Source of the DNA: Amphiscolops sp. MND2022
Taxonomy: Eukaryota
Length of the DNA: 64,000 nucleotides
Direction: 5' to 3'
Assembly (NCBI GenBank): GCA_964187785.1
Contig: OZ076411.1
Location: 54,250,001 to 54,314,000, forward strand
Shown here one piece after another: positions 42,501 through 56,630 of the stretch. Each line of letters starts with the position of its first letter. Position 1 is the first letter of the stretch. The notes below the pieces were generated by a model. The model was not told the origin of the DNA, ran no database searches, and saw only the letters and a program-made list of their open reading frames with translations. Made by a program: the position numbers and the translations under genes.

Positions 42501-45500
42501 GGTAATAAACTTAGTGCGGTCAGCAGTAAGTTTGGTTGGGTTTTGTCGGGGCCTTTGCAATGCGGGGATGAGCAATCGGAAAGTTCGGTGGGAACTTTCT
42601 TGAGTTCTGTACAGGGTGAGATACTCTGTCGGAAAAGGTCGAGTCTTTCTGGAACTTGGAAAGCTTGGGAATTAAGACAGAAGAAGACACTATGCTCGAG
42701 GATTTCCGAAAAAACAGTTACTTTCAACGGGGAAAGGTACGTAACTAAGCTTCCGTGGAACGGGAATGAAGAGTTTTTACAAGATCACAAGAAGCTAGCA
42801 ACAAGCAGGATAGAGTCAACTACGAGAAGCATAATTGCTAAGGGTCGGTTGATGGAATATGATGATGTTTTGAGGGAACAAGTGGGGGCTGCTATCCTGG
42901 AGGAGGTGCCAGAACAGGACATTAACACGAGCAACAGTTGTCATTACTCACCTCATCATGCAGTCATTAGAGAGGACAAGGCAACCACCAAGCTCAGGGT
43001 GGTGCTGGATGGTGCAGCGTGGTCATCAAAGTTTGACTTTTCAATTAATGACTGTCTTTCTAAGAGTCCAAACCTATTGGTGTCCTTGTTTGCTATCTTA
43101 CTAAGGTTTAGGTTGTTTCAGGTCACAGTTCTTGCCGATATTGAAAAGGCGTTTCTTCAGGTTTGTGTGCATCAAGACCACATTGATGCGTTGAGGATTC
43201 TTTGGTATAAAAATCCGTTCGATCGCAACAGGAAGGTGGCAGTATTTAAGTACTTAAGGGTTGTTTTTGGCTTTGTTTGTAGTCCATTTCTTCTAAACGC
43301 AACAATCAGGTATCATCTACAATGGTGTCTAGAAACGGCACAGAGTGAAAAAGATAAAGTCATGCTGAAGTCATTGATCGACAGCTTTTATGTTGACGAT
43401 TTGACTCTCAGTATTCCTACAGTGGAAGAAGCGGAGAGGCTGATTTCACTCTCAGAAAAGGTGATAGGTGAGGCTGGCATGAGACTGAGGAAATGGGTGA
43501 CAAATAGGTCGGAAGTTTCTAAGTTCTCGGAAACGAAGAAGCTGGTGGAAAGCATTTCCGAAGGACAGGTAGGCATGAAGGTGTTGGGGCTTTCATATCA
43601 AGTCAAAGAGGATGAAATACATTTCGATTTTTCCACATTCTTGAAGTGTATAGCAGAAAAAGACAAGTTGACGAAACGAATAGCGCTGGGAGTAGTTTCT
43701 AGCGTCTACGATCCTTTGGGGTTAGTTTCAGCAGTAGTGGTGGAGCTCAAGTTAGCAATTCAGGATCTTTGGAAACTGTCTCTGGGTTGGGACGACGTTT
43801 TGTCAGAAGAAAGTGGTAAGACATTTCAGGAGGTCTTCAGGGAGTGGAGAAACGAAATGTTGGTAATTCCAAGGCAGTATGTTGAGGTACAGGGTAGGTA
43901 CGGAATTGAGCTTCATAGTTTTGTAGATGCGTCTCAGCGGCTTTGTGCGGTAGCTTGTTATGGTCGTGCGGTTGTCGCAGGAGAAATCAAAACCTTTTTG
44001 ATTGCGTCGAAAACTAAGTTGAGTAGCTTGAAATCGGGAACCATTCCAAGGTTGGAGTTGGTTGCTGCACTTTTGGCTGCTAGACTGACTAAAAGCGTGG
44101 AGGTCGCTTTAGGTGAGGTGGTTCGAGGGAGTAACTTCTGGTCGGATTTAGCCAATTGTTTTGTCATGGATCAGTCACGGGCAGTTCATCCAACGTAGGT
44201 TGCTTGAGATCAGAGAGCTAACTGATGTCAACTCATGGTACTACGTACCTTCAGAAGAAAATCCGGTGGACATTCCGTCTAGAGGTTTGAGAATAGGTGA
44301 TCTTAGGGAATGTCGGCTCTGGTGACAAGGGCCAGATATCTTGAAACACGAGGAAGGGAAGTGGTTATCGAATGAGGTAGGAAAGGAAGAAGTTTGTACA
44401 ACAGTTGCAGTTGTTGAGTGTTCACCGGAGGTTAGGTTACTAAGTGTAGTAGACTGCAGGCGGTAAAGCAAATACTCCAGGTTTGCTCTAGGACTTCTAC
44501 TGAGCGTATTGGAGCGTTTGCGGAAGATGCGGTTTAGAAGGAAAGAAAGGCAGGCGGAGAACATGATTCTTTCGGCAGTACAAAAGGCAGGTTTGCAGGA
44601 GGAGTTGCGATTTCTCGCGAAGCAGGAGGGCATTCAGCCTTCGAGGGTCAAAGAGCTTCGGCTTTTTCTATCAACGGACGGGTTGATAAGGTGTCAGACA
44701 AGGTTGGCGGAGGCTCAGTTTTTGTCGTTCGACGCCAAAAATCATATTCTTTTACCTGCAGGGGAGTACATAACAGACCTAATTATCATGCATTTTCATG
44801 AGAGGATCAATCATAGGTCGGAGCGGTCTACAGTCAGCATACTCAGGGAGAAGGTTTGGGCAGTCAAGGCGAGACAGCAGGTTCGACGGGTGATCAGGCA
44901 ATGTACGTTTTGCAAGCATTACAATAGAAGAAGTTACAGGGATCCAGCAAAGGCAAATTTGCCTGTGGAGAGTTTGTCTCAAGCGGCAGCTTTCACTCAC
45001 ATCGGGGTAGACTTTGCGGGACTCTACCTCAAGTATTTTGATCCTGAAGCTAGAAGCAATAAGGCGTACATCTGTCTCTTCACTTGTGCGTCGTCAAGAG
45101 CAGTTGATTTGGAGACACACAAAGTCTCACAGTGGTAGCTTTTTTGCGGGCTTTCAAAGATTCGTGGCAAGAGGGGGCACTCCAGTGACAATATATTCAG
45201 ACAACGGAAGGACATTCAGAGGGGCGAGCGAAGATGTCAAGGCCTTTGTGTCTTTCCTTTGCCAGATTTTTTCCCATCCTGGAGTTGACTGGAAGTTCAA
45301 CGTGGAATTAGCACCCTGGTGGGGAGGTTTCTGGGAACGACTAGTGCGATCGGTCAAGGAACCACTCAGAAAGGCGTTAGGTCGTAATGTTATTGGGTAC
45401 GACGAACTGGTCACAGTAGTCACCGAAGTTGAAGCAGCAGTCAACAGTCGACCACTAGGATACCTCTATATGGACGACCCATCAGAATGTCTTCCTTTAA

Positions 45501-45885
45501 CGCCTTCCCATCTCGTCAACGGCAGAAGTCTTTTGGGTTCAGCCGTCGAATTCCCTGAAAGCAGTCTGCATTCAATCCAACGACGACAACAATTTCTGAA
45601 AACACTGGTCGATCAATTTTGGGCAGTGTGGTCAAAAGAGTATTTGATAGAGCTGCGACAGTTTTTCAATTCCCATCAAAAAATTTGTCGAACCCGCGTC
45701 CAAAAGAAAATGACATAGTATTGTTGCATGAAAAACGCCCTCGTCATTGTTGGCGCATTGGAAAATTGTCAAAATCAATTATCGGACGAGATGGTCAAGC
45801 CAGAGCTGCTGAAGTGATTTCATCTGAGAAAATTTTCCGGAGGCCACTGCAATTGATTTCACCCCTTGAAATAATTCAAGAATAA
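39516..45885 (+). pseudogene. Pao gag-pol polyprotein with multiple stops and frameshifts
   Basis: DUF1759-type KLPKVELPKFDG...KFTYLKASL; three Cys-His knuckles; degenerate protease LLDKCSQQSYI; RT DIEKAFLQ and YVDD; Pao RNase H FVDAS, TIPRLEL; integrase VDFAG, SDNG, WWGGFWERLV; DUF5641-type WSKEYL tail. Confidence 0.92.
40905..40935 (+). repeat. (GAA)n microsatellite inside Pao gag
   Basis: Run of about 9 GAA units, producing the poly-E and poly-K stretches in the ORF track. Confidence 0.85.
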
Positions 45886-46054
45886 CAATTTTTGCTCTGA
45901 AAATTAAAACTAACATGAAACAAGGTGAAATCAATTGGTACGGTAAATTTGCTTTATCTTGCATTCATATCAACAAGTGGAATCTTTAACAACCTGCCGC
46001 GCCTTTTGTCAATGTGGCTTTGCACCCATTCCTTCTTCAATGCTGGCGGGAGGA

Positions 46055-46299
46055 TGTTGAATTTCATTCACTATTTCAAACTCGGACTGAAAACTTTTCG
46101 TACTTCAAGCTCGGACTGAAAACACTTGGATTGATTTCAGTATCTTTAGTATTCATTCATTTCTGATTCATTCTGTGATGTTACATTCATTCTTGTTACA
46201 TTGAAAAGCTCTTATGAATCGAAGACATTAAGAAAAAGATAGAGAACGATTATTCCCGAAAGCTAAAATTGCCCTAAAAGAAACCTTTTTTCTGAAACA
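46055..46299 (+). repeat. 3' LTR of the Pao element
   Basis: Follows the PPT; lacks one of the ~29-bp subrepeats present in the 5' LTR. Confidence 0.88.
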
Positions 46300-49200
46300 C
46301 TTCATATGAGAAATCAGACAAATGGTGAAATTTTTTGCAATTTGCGTTGTTATGCGATTTGAAGTTTTTGCGTATAACGAAACAATTCAAGTGGAGTTGT
46401 TTTTGTTCAGTAGTTCCTAAGGTAAAGCAATATCCGAAAATGGTTTGGAGAATTGAGTGTAACTATAATGTGGCATTTTAGCTGCTAAAAGGCATTGTAA
46501 AAATTACACTGAAGTAAGAGAAGTAAAAAAAGCAGTTTTTTGGGCCCTTTCCAATATCTTACCAAGAGTTTCAAGAGAAAAGTTAACAAATGTGAACGGA
46601 AAAAACCGTCGCGAATTTTGACTTGATTAGCATACCTATTATGCCGCAACCGTTCACGCAACCAACTAAGCTATCCCATTCTGAATTTCAATAATTTGTG
46701 CTATCCTGTATTTACCACGTCAATGAATGACAGTGAAGCAGGTAGTGCAAACAAAAGCAAATCGATTGTAAACAATGAAATTGTTTGTTTCATCACTTTT
46801 TCAATTTCTTGAAACTTTTGATAGGACTCTTACCATTCCTATTAGGAAATAAAATAGTTTTGTGTGAAGCGAGAACAAATAAGATTGTACCAAAGCTTTC
46901 AAGAGTAAACGGGAATAGAATATGCAAGATCTTGGCAAGAGCTTCAAGTTCCACTTCAAAGTGGCAAGAGCATCAAAGTCCCAACAGGGAACATGAGTTG
47001 GGTTTAGACCGTCGTAGGACAGGTTCGTTTAACCCAATCGTAACACTTTTGATTCAACTCGTTTGGCAAAAAACTAGAATTATTCTGTTCTCTTTGAACC
47101 AAGAGGACAGCAATCAAAACTTATACGAACTAATTTTGACTAAAAGGGCACCACTTGTTTGTCAACTTCAGTTTGTCATTTACTTGAATAGAGTAAATTG
47201 TTGACGGATTATTCTTTGTTCAAAACTGCAAGAGTGGTGAAACATTATTGATGACCAGATATAAACCCAGAGCTACTATTTACTGCTACAACAATTGACA
47301 ACTACCCTCAACTTTTCGAACAAACAATTCTGTGGAACTGTATGAAATGAATTGGTGCCTTTTAAAAACTATATTACTGACTGAGATTGTTCTATCTGGG
47401 CTGAAGGGCTGTCTCGGCATAATCGGGGGAAGAATTACTACACGCGAAAAGTATTTCGTTACAATAGAAGGTGGCTCTTTCTGTGTTTCGCGCATCCAAT
47501 TCACTTCCATTTTTGAGAAAAAACCGTTCGAAAAACGAATCGCCCCCAAAGAACCAAGATTCAAATACCATTACGTCGACATCATTTTCGATGGAATTTC
47601 GGTCCAGCGAAATAATTGATGTCGACATAATCTGATCTTACACATCAATTCCCAGTTAAGAGTTGCCCATTGTCTTTCATGGTGAAAAAACTTGCGTCGA
47701 AATGGGGGCCTTTCTATACGGTTTTGGTTTGTTTCAGGTGTGAAATTTTGCTACTTTGGACAATAATATCAAAAAATCAGGGTAATTTTCACGGCACTTG
47801 TCAATACAGATGTAGAGATAATCCACTAAGTATTAGTAAACAATAAATATTTTTATTCGTGCAAAAATTGTACAAGAATGAAAGGTGTTTCTGTGTTATT
47901 GGTGGTTGGAATACGAAACGAAATTTACATGTGTGGAAATATGGTCCCATTTGTCATGAAGAGATCTTGTGTTGACGTATCCTTCATAAGATCAAATGTC
48001 GGTCCTGACCTTGCTAAAATTTTTCCGAGCAATTTTTTGCAAGCACCTCAACTCATGTCCAAAAAATTTTAAATGAGTTTTGGGAAAGTAGGGAGCAAAA
48101 AGGAAGAAAGAGTTTCTAGGTCCTGTGCATGTTTGTGGGGGCACCCTTATAGACTCAGACATAGTTGTCACAGCAGCCGAGTGTCTATACAATCTGCCCC
48201 TGTCACAAATAGACCCCTGGATTTTTGGCCATACCTACACAAGGGCATCACGACTCGAAATCACAAGACCCAGTGATGGAGGTCCCGCGTGTTGAAAAAT
48301 AAATCCTTCTGAAAGACTTTTCGAAACATTGAAACACAAAACCTTTTTACCAGAAGACATGCTGTTTTACACTAATTTACCTTTGAATAGTGCAATCAGT
48401 ACAAAACTAAAATCCATAGAAAAACCTACAAAAAATGTCAATCTTTATGAAAATAGCCTGACACGTTCTTGTGTCAAAGTATTGTCTCATGGACTACTGA
48501 AAACAGTCCAATATTTTCCTATTTTGTCAGAATCAGCGCCAGCAACAAAATTTCAACTGTTCCAAATTTGGATTAACATCACGTCATATTGAAATACTAA
48601 AAACTGCCCAAAACAAAGTATATAGCAACTTTCAACTCGGGGTCTCTAGGGCAGTATACCTGTGAACGATATTCAATTCACCCTCGCTATCCAGAATGGC
48701 GTGACGCAGATAGTCCTCTATTCAACATAGCAGTGCTGAAGTTGGCACAATGTGTTCACTTGAGTCTGGCCCTTGCTCCATGTCCAAACTTACCCTATCA
48801 CGAAGGATACGCCATTGGCATTGGTTGGAGACGAAGGCAGCGCAATGGAGAGTATCAGGTCTCATTTTTGATTACCCAAAGGAAAGATATTTCAACTTCC
48901 ATTCACTTTTCTAGTTTTCAACTCTTTTTAGGAATGAATCAAAAGGAGGTTTTTTGTTATATATAGGCATTTTGGGGGGTTCTTTTTGCAAGCTGGGCAC
49001 ATTTTGTGGATACATCTTTCATTGTGGTGATATATAGCATAGCAAAAATAAAGTTTGACAACTTCAATTGATCGCAACGCTTGCTTGTGACTTTGAGAAC
49101 GTAGTAGTCCTCAAAAAATACTACCTCAGGTAACAAAGTACGTTTCGAAAACAAAAATTGAGGTCTTCTTTGAAGACATAGTTTTAAACTACAATTTAGT

Positions 49201-50829
49201 TCGCTTCAAACTACTAAAATTCGTTTGGATTTTGCTAAGGTTTACTTACACTGTAGGAAAGTTCGAGCTTTGACACATATTCAGTGGTCCTGCGATCTGA
49301 AAAAATAACACTGTTTCTTTTGTCAATTTTTTGTTTCCGTCTATCCACCTTTCCATATTTTTCAAGGAAATTCATTTTTCAAAACTTTCTCATAATATAA
49401 ACTCAATTGGTTAATATTTTCATGCTTTTTGTTTTTACTGATACAAGTACACTCGTAATCTGGACTGTCAATTTTTTTGAGCAATGCGAAACAAATTTTG
49501 CAACTTTATTATTTGTGTTACATAAAACACGAAACTGGAACAAAACCAAAAGGTGTAATTTCATCCTGAAAAAAAACGTAATTGAAGTTCTCGTACTTGG
49601 AAAAAAAACTGGATAATGACAGTTTGAAAAAAGTTGGTGAAATAGTAAATTTTAAAAAAATATACAATAGACTTTGGACTCATAATCAAAAATACAACTC
49701 CTTCGAGATGTTTCCGTTGGAAGTCAAACTACAGAAAGATCCCCAATGCCGACAATTCAGTGGCCAAACTGTTCAGTCATCTCTGCCAGGAATTTATAAA
49801 GAATTCTGTTTCGGCACTCATGTCATTGCTGATTTCGCCCAGACTCAAACCATACCGGGACTATTCGTTGGTGACATAGGTCGGCGCTCTGAACAAACTT
49901 TTAGGTGCCAAAATGAAATTTTCCGCTTTCTAATTCTCTTAGATTCGGTAAATGGTTTGTAAAAAGTTTGTAAAGATGCAGACAACACCAAGGAATTTTT
50001 GTAAGGAGTTTAATGATCGAAAACTTCTAACAAATATTAGAGGGTTCCACAGAAAGTTGATACAGAACTTTCACTCGATGAACAAAATCTGGCTCCAAAT
50101 TTCTTCTGTATTGAGAATTCCAAGCACTTATAATTAAAATCTATACATTGAAAATGTTCTGAACTTTATTAACGAAATACGGACTGTTTATATTCAACCA
50201 GAAATGAGCTAATCAATCATGTGTAACAAATATGAATGAATTAGGATTTTTCTGAGCTGTCGACTGTAGGTGGTCCTCTTGTTCACAAGAGAGTCTCAAC
50301 CCATGAAGCCGAATGTCTCATTGGAATTGCCAGCACATATCTTACTTCCTCCGATGGGTCTAAAATCACCAACGTTTTCACCAGTGCGGCGGAATACCAT
50401 ATTTATTTGGGAGAAACCATTGAGCAGCTTCACATGTCATCACGATGTGAAATTATGAAATGATGTCGGAACATTGCTCTAATTATCATACCAACAAAGT
50501 ACTTTTTCAATTTAGGAGTAACTGTATTGAAAATATATCAAAGGCTCTGATCATACTACGCTACAGACGGTGAACTATGGTTTTGACGGGAAATTAAATC
50601 ATCCTTCATCTATTGATTTTTTTAAATATTGAACTGTGAGCAGATTCGTCCTGGTATACCATTTATAATTCGAGTGGAACGTTTCGGACATTCAAGTAAA
50701 ACAAAGGGAACGTTAAATTGAAAATTGAGCTCTTCTGGAAGCTCAAGTGAAAGAATTTATATAAATACATTTGCATATACAAAAAAATTTATAATTCAAC
50801 AAAAAACCATCAATGTTGTCTCTAATCAG

Positions 50830-51570
50830 GCACTGTGGCAAATAAGAAAATACCCGCATTGTCCCTTTCTAGACATTTATCAAACGTCACCGCCACCTTT
50901 GTAGTGTCCAATATTTCATCAATAACATAGGATCGATTTTAGCTAGGGTTCTTCTATTTCTAATATCACCGGTGATGAAATGAACTCGTTTTGTCACTGT
51001 GCCAATTGTTTTTCAAACTCAGATTTCCAACATGAAAATGCATTTTCAGCAACATTCAGAAGAAGGCTAAATCTGGGAAGCCTTTTCAAATTCATGTTCA
51101 ACTCAACAGAATCAACTTTACTATGTGCAAGTGCATTGGCCAATATAAAATCATCAAATAAAGTGCCTATATATTCGAAGACTAAGTTACCTGCACAAAT
51201 TTCCAGAAACTACCCGACACGAGATTTTTCTCAAGCCTCCTTGAAAGATTTCAAAATATGCTAGGCCATATTCAGCACATATCCCTATACAAACAGTGAC
51301 AACGACGCCCGCTGCGAAAAACATTGCTTCATACTTTAGTATTCCTCGCGCTTCTACCCATTGTACGTTTTTTGTAAACTTTGACTCCAAATTCGTCTAT
51401 ATACACTTTGTACTGTTCACCACCTCCGCACATGTGAGCCATTGAACACATTCAAATTGGTCATCTTTAACTTGGTTCGAACCAACTTTTAACTTGGTTC
51501 GCCATATCAGATCCATCAAAATGATTGAGAAATTTCCCCTATGATCTCTCCAGTTGTAAGTTGCATATCG
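50830..51570 (-). pseudogene. IS630/Tc1/mariner-superfamily DDE transposase remnant (copy 1)
   Basis: Across frames it reads YIDEFGVKVYKKRTMGRSAR, VTVCIGICAEYGL...EIFQGG, FILANALAH and LPRFSLLLNVAENAFSCWK, matching the IDE..G / DNA..H / LP.YSP.LN.IE..FS.WK pattern. Confidence 0.75.
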
Positions 51571-51859
51571 CTCTCAGAATCAATTATCGGACGAGATGGT
51601 CAAGCCAGAGCTGCTGAAGTGATTTCATCTGAGAAAATTTTCCGGAGGCCACTGCAATTGATTTCACCCCTTGAAATAATTCAAGAATAACAATTTTTGC
51701 TCTGAAAATTAAAACTAACATGAAACAAGGTGAAATCAATTGGTACGGTAAATTTGCTTTATCTTGCATTCATATCAACAAATGGAATCTTTAACAACCT
51801 GCCGCGCCTTTTGTCAATGTGGCTTTGCACCCATTCCTTCTTCAATGCTGGCGGGAGGA

Positions 51860-52104
51860 TGTTGAATTTCATTCACTATTTCAAACTCGGACTGAAAACT
51901 TTTCGTACTTCAAGCTCGGACTGAAAACACTTGGATTGATTTCAGTATCTTTAGTATTCATTCATTTCTGATTCATTCTGTGATGTTACATTCATTCTTG
52001 TTACATTGAAAAGCTCTTATGAATCGAAGACATTAAGAATAAGATAGAGAACGATTATTCCCGAAAGCTAAAATTGCCCTAAAAGAAACCTTTTTTCTGG
52101 AAAA
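51860..52104 (+). repeat. Duplicated copy of the Pao 3' LTR with upstream PPT and 3' end of pol
   Basis: Part of duplication unit 2; same sequence as 46055-46299 apart from a few substitutions. Confidence 0.88.
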
Positions 52105-55100
52105 CTTCATATGAGAAATCAGACAAATGGTGAAATTTTTTGCAATTTGCGTTGTTATGCGATTTGAAGTTTTTGCGTATAACGAAACAATTCAAGTGGA
52201 GTTGTTTTTGTTCAGTAGTTCCTAAGGTAAAGCAATATCCGAAAATGGTTTGGAGAATTGAGTGTAACTATAATGTGGCATTTTAGCTATAAAAGGCATA
52301 GTAAAAATTACACTGAAGTAAGAGAAGTAAAAAAAGCAGTTTTTTGGGCCCTTTCCAATATCTTACCAAGAGTTTCAAGAGAAAAGTTAACAAATGTGAA
52401 CGGAAAAAACCGTCGCGAATTTTGACTTGATTAGCATACCTATTATGCCGCAACCGTTCACGCAACCAACTAAGCTATCCCATTCTGAATTTCAATAATT
52501 TGTGCTATCCTGTATTTACCACGTCAATGAATGACAGTGAAGCAGGTAGTGCAAACAAAAGCAAATCGATTGTAAACAATGAAATTGTTTGTTTCATCAC
52601 TTTTTCAATTTCTTGAAACTTTTGATAGGACTCTTACCATTCCTATTAGGAAATAAAATAGTTTTGTGTGAAGCGAGAACAAATAATATTGTACCAAAGC
52701 TTTCAAGAGTAAACGGGAATAGAATATGCAAGATCTTGGCAAGAGCTTCAAGTTCCACTTCAAAGTGGCAAGAGCATCAAAGTCCCAACAGGGAACATGA
52801 GTTGGGTTTAGACCGTCGTAGGACAGGTTCGTTTAACCCAATCGTAACACTTTTGATTCAACTCGTTTGGCAAAAAAACTAGAATTATTCTGTTCTCTTT
52901 GAACCAAGAGGACAGCAATCAAAACTTATACGAACTAATTTTGACTAAAAGGGCACCACTTGTTTGTCAACTTCAGTTTGTCATTTACTTGAATAGAGTA
53001 AATTGTTGACGGATCATTCTTTGTTCAAAACTGCAAGAGTGGTGAAACATTATTGATGACCAGATATAAACCCAGAGCTACTATTGACTGCTACAACAAT
53101 TGACAACTACCCTCAACTTTTCGAACAAACAATTCTGTGGAACTTTATGAAATGAATTGGTGCCTTTTAAAAACTATATTACTGACTGAGATTGTTCTAT
53201 CTGGGCTGAAGGGCTGTCTCGGCATAATCGGGGGAAGAATTACTACACGCAAAAAGTATTTCGTTACAATAGAAGGTGGCTCTTTCTGTATTTCGCGCAT
53301 CCAATTCAATTCCATTTTTGAGAAAAAACCGTTCGAAAAACGAATCGCCCCCAAAGAACCAAGATTCAAATACCATTACGTCGACATCATTTTCGATGGA
53401 ATTTCGGTCCAGCGAAATAATTGATGTCAACATAATCTGATCTTACACGTCAATTCCCAGTTAAGAGTTGCCCATTGTCTTTCATGGTGAAAAAACTTGC
53501 GTCGAAATGGGGGCCTTTCTATACGGTTTTGGTTTGTTTCAGGTGTGAAATTTTGCTACTTTGGACAATAATATCAAAAAATCAGGGTAATTTTCACGGC
53601 ACTTGTCAATACAGATGTAGAGATAATCCACTAAGTATTAGTAAACAATAAATATTTTTATTCGTGCAAAAATTGTACAAGAATGAAAGGTGTTTCTGTG
53701 TTATTGGTGGTTGGAATACGAAACGAAATTTACATGTGTGGAAATATGGTCCCATTTGTCATAAAGAGATCTTGTGTTGACGTATCCTTCATAAGATCAA
53801 ATGTCGGTCCTGACCTTGCTAAAATTTTTCCGAGCAATTTTTTGCAAGCACCTCAACTCATGTCCAAAAAATTTTAAATGAGTTTTGGGAAAGTAGGGAG
53901 CAAAAAGGAAGAAAGAGTTTCTAGCTCCTGTGCATTTTTGTGGGGGCACCCTTATAGACTCAGACATAGTTGTCACAGCAGCTGAGTGTCTATACAATCT
54001 GTCCCTGTCACAAATAGACCCCTGGATTTTTGGCCATACCTACACAAGGGCATCACGACTCGAAATCACAAGACCCAGTGATGGAGGTCCCGCGTGTTGA
54101 AAAATAAATCCTTCTGAAAGACTTTTCGAAACATTGAAACACAAAACCTTTTTACCAGAAGACATGCTGTTTTACACTAATTTACCTTTGAATAGTGCAA
54201 TCAGTACAAAACTAAAATCCATAGAAAAACCTACAAAAAATGTCAATCTTTATGAAAATAGCCTGACACGTTCTTGTGTCAAAGTATTGTCTCATGGACT
54301 ACTGAAAACAGTCCAATATTTTCCTATTTTGTCAGAATCAGCGCCAGCAACAAAATTTCAACTGTTCCAAATTTGGATTAACATCACGTCATATTGAAAT
54401 ACTAAAAACTGCCCAAAACAAAGTATATAGCAATTTTCAACTCGGGGTCTCTAGGGCAGTATACCTGTGAACGATATTCAATTCACCCTCGCTATCCAGA
54501 ATGGCGTGACGCAGATAGTCCTCTATTCAACATAGCAGTGCTGAAGTTGGCACAATGTGTTCACTTGAGTCTGGCCCTTGCTCCATGTCCAAACTTACCC
54601 TATCACGAAGGATACGCCATTGGCATTGGTTGGAGACGAAGGCAGCGCAATGGAGAGTATCAGGTCTCATTTTTGATTACCCAAAGGAAAGATATTTCAA
54701 CTTCCATTCACTTTTCTAGTTTTCAACTCTTTTTAGGAATGAATCAAAAGGAGGTTTTTTGTTATATATAGGCATTTTGGGGGTTCTTTTTGCAAGCTGG
54801 GCACATTTTGTGGATACATCTTTCATTGTGGTGATATATAGCATAGCAAAAATAAAGTTTGACAACTTCAATTGATCGCAACGCTTGCTTGTGACTTTGA
54901 GAACGTAGTAGTCCTCAAAAAATACTACCTCAGGTAACAAAGTACGTTTCGAAAACAAAAATTGAGGTCTTCTTTGAAGACATAGTTTTAAACTACAATT
55001 TAGTTCGCTTCAAACTACTAAAATTCGTTTGGATTTTGCTAAGGTTTACTTACACTGTAGGAAAGTTCGAGCTTTGACACATATTCAGTGGTCCTGCGAT

Positions 55101-56630
55101 CTGAAAAAATAACACTGTTTCTTTTGTCAATTTTTTGTTTCCGTCTATCCACCTTCCCATATTTTTCAAGGAAATTCAGTTTTCAAAACTTTCTCATAAT
55201 ATAAACTCAATTGGTTAATATTTTCATGCCTTTTGTTTTTACTGATACAAGTACACTCGTAATCTGGACTGTCAATTTTTTTGAGCAATGCGAAACAAAT
55301 TTTGCAACTTTATTATTTGTGTTACATAAAACACGAAACTGGAACAAAACCAAAAGGTGTAATTTCATCCTGAAAAAAACGTAACTGAAGTTCTCGTACT
55401 TGGAAAAAAACTGGATAATGACAGTTTGAAAAAAGTTGGTGAAATAGTAAATTTTAAAAAATATACAAGAGACTTTGGACTCATAATCAAAAATACAACT
55501 CCTTCGAGATGTTTCCGTTGGAAGTCAAACTACAGAAAGATCCCCAATGCCGACAATTCAGTGGCCAAACTGTTCAGTCATCTCTGCCAGGAATTTATAA
55601 AGAATTCTGTTTCGGCACTCATGTCATTGCTGATTTCGCCCAGACTCAAACCATACCGGGACTATTCGTTGGTGACATAGGTCGGCGCTCTGAACAAACT
55701 TTTAGGTGCCAAAATGAAATTTTCCGCTTTCTAATTCTCTTAGATTCTGTAAATGGTTTGTAAAAAGTTTGTAAAGATGCAGACAACACCAAGGAATTTT
55801 TGTAAGGAGTTTAATGATCGAAAACTTCTAACAAATATTAGAGGGTTCCACAGAAAGTTGATACAGAACTTTAACTCGATGAACAAAATCTGGCTCCAAA
55901 TTTCTTCTGTATTGAGAATTCCAAGCACTTATAATTAAAATCTATACATTGAAAATGTTCTGAACTTTATTAACGAAATACGGACTGTTTATATTCAACC
56001 AGAAATGAGCTAATCAATCATGTGTAACAAATATGAATGAATTAGGATTTTTCCGAGCTGTCGACTGTAGGTGGTCCTCTTGTTCACAAGAGAGTCTCAA
56101 CCCATGAAGCCGAATGTCTCATTGGAATTGCCAGCACATATCTTACTTCCTCCGATGGGTCTTAAATCACCAACGTTTTCACCAGTGCGGCGGAATACCA
56201 TATTTATTTGGGAGAAACCATTGAGCAGCTTCACATGTCATCACGATGTGAAATTATGAAATGATGTCGGAACATTGCTCTAATTATCATACCAACAAAG
56301 TACTTTTTCAATTTAGGAGTAACTGTATTGAAAATATATCAAAGGCTCTGATCATACTACGCTACAGACGGTGAACTATGGTTTTGACGGGAAATTAAAT
56401 CATCCTTCATCTATTGATTTTTTTAAATATTGAACTGTGAGCAGATTCGTCCTGGTATACCATTTATAATTCGAGTGGAACGTTTCGGACATTCAAGTAA
56501 AACAAAGGGAACGTTTAATTGAAAATTGAGCTCTTCTGGAAGCTCAAGTGAAAGAATTTATATAAATACATTTGCATAAACAAAAAAATTTATAATTCAA
56601 CAAAAAACCATCAATGTTGTCTCTAGTCAG

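Larger units (their letters stand above)
39231..46299 (+). mobile_element. BEL/Pao LTR retrotransposon, decayed, about 7.07 kb
   Basis: LTRs 39231-39504 and 46055-46299 (TG...CA); TGG after the 5' LTR; PPT GGCGGGAGGA; flanking duplication CTTC (ACTTC if the boundary shifts by one base); Pao-type gag-pol motifs. Confidence 0.92.

Noticed and set aside
46300-50800. Numerous 60-140-aa ORFs in the duplicated unit as exons of a host gene
   Set aside because: No coherent splice chain or motif, and several are broken differently in the two copies (e.g. 46785 versus 52589).
51187-51390. Small hydrophobic ORF as a membrane microprotein (also 56988..57191)
   Set aside because: It is an internal piece of the decayed DDE transposase.
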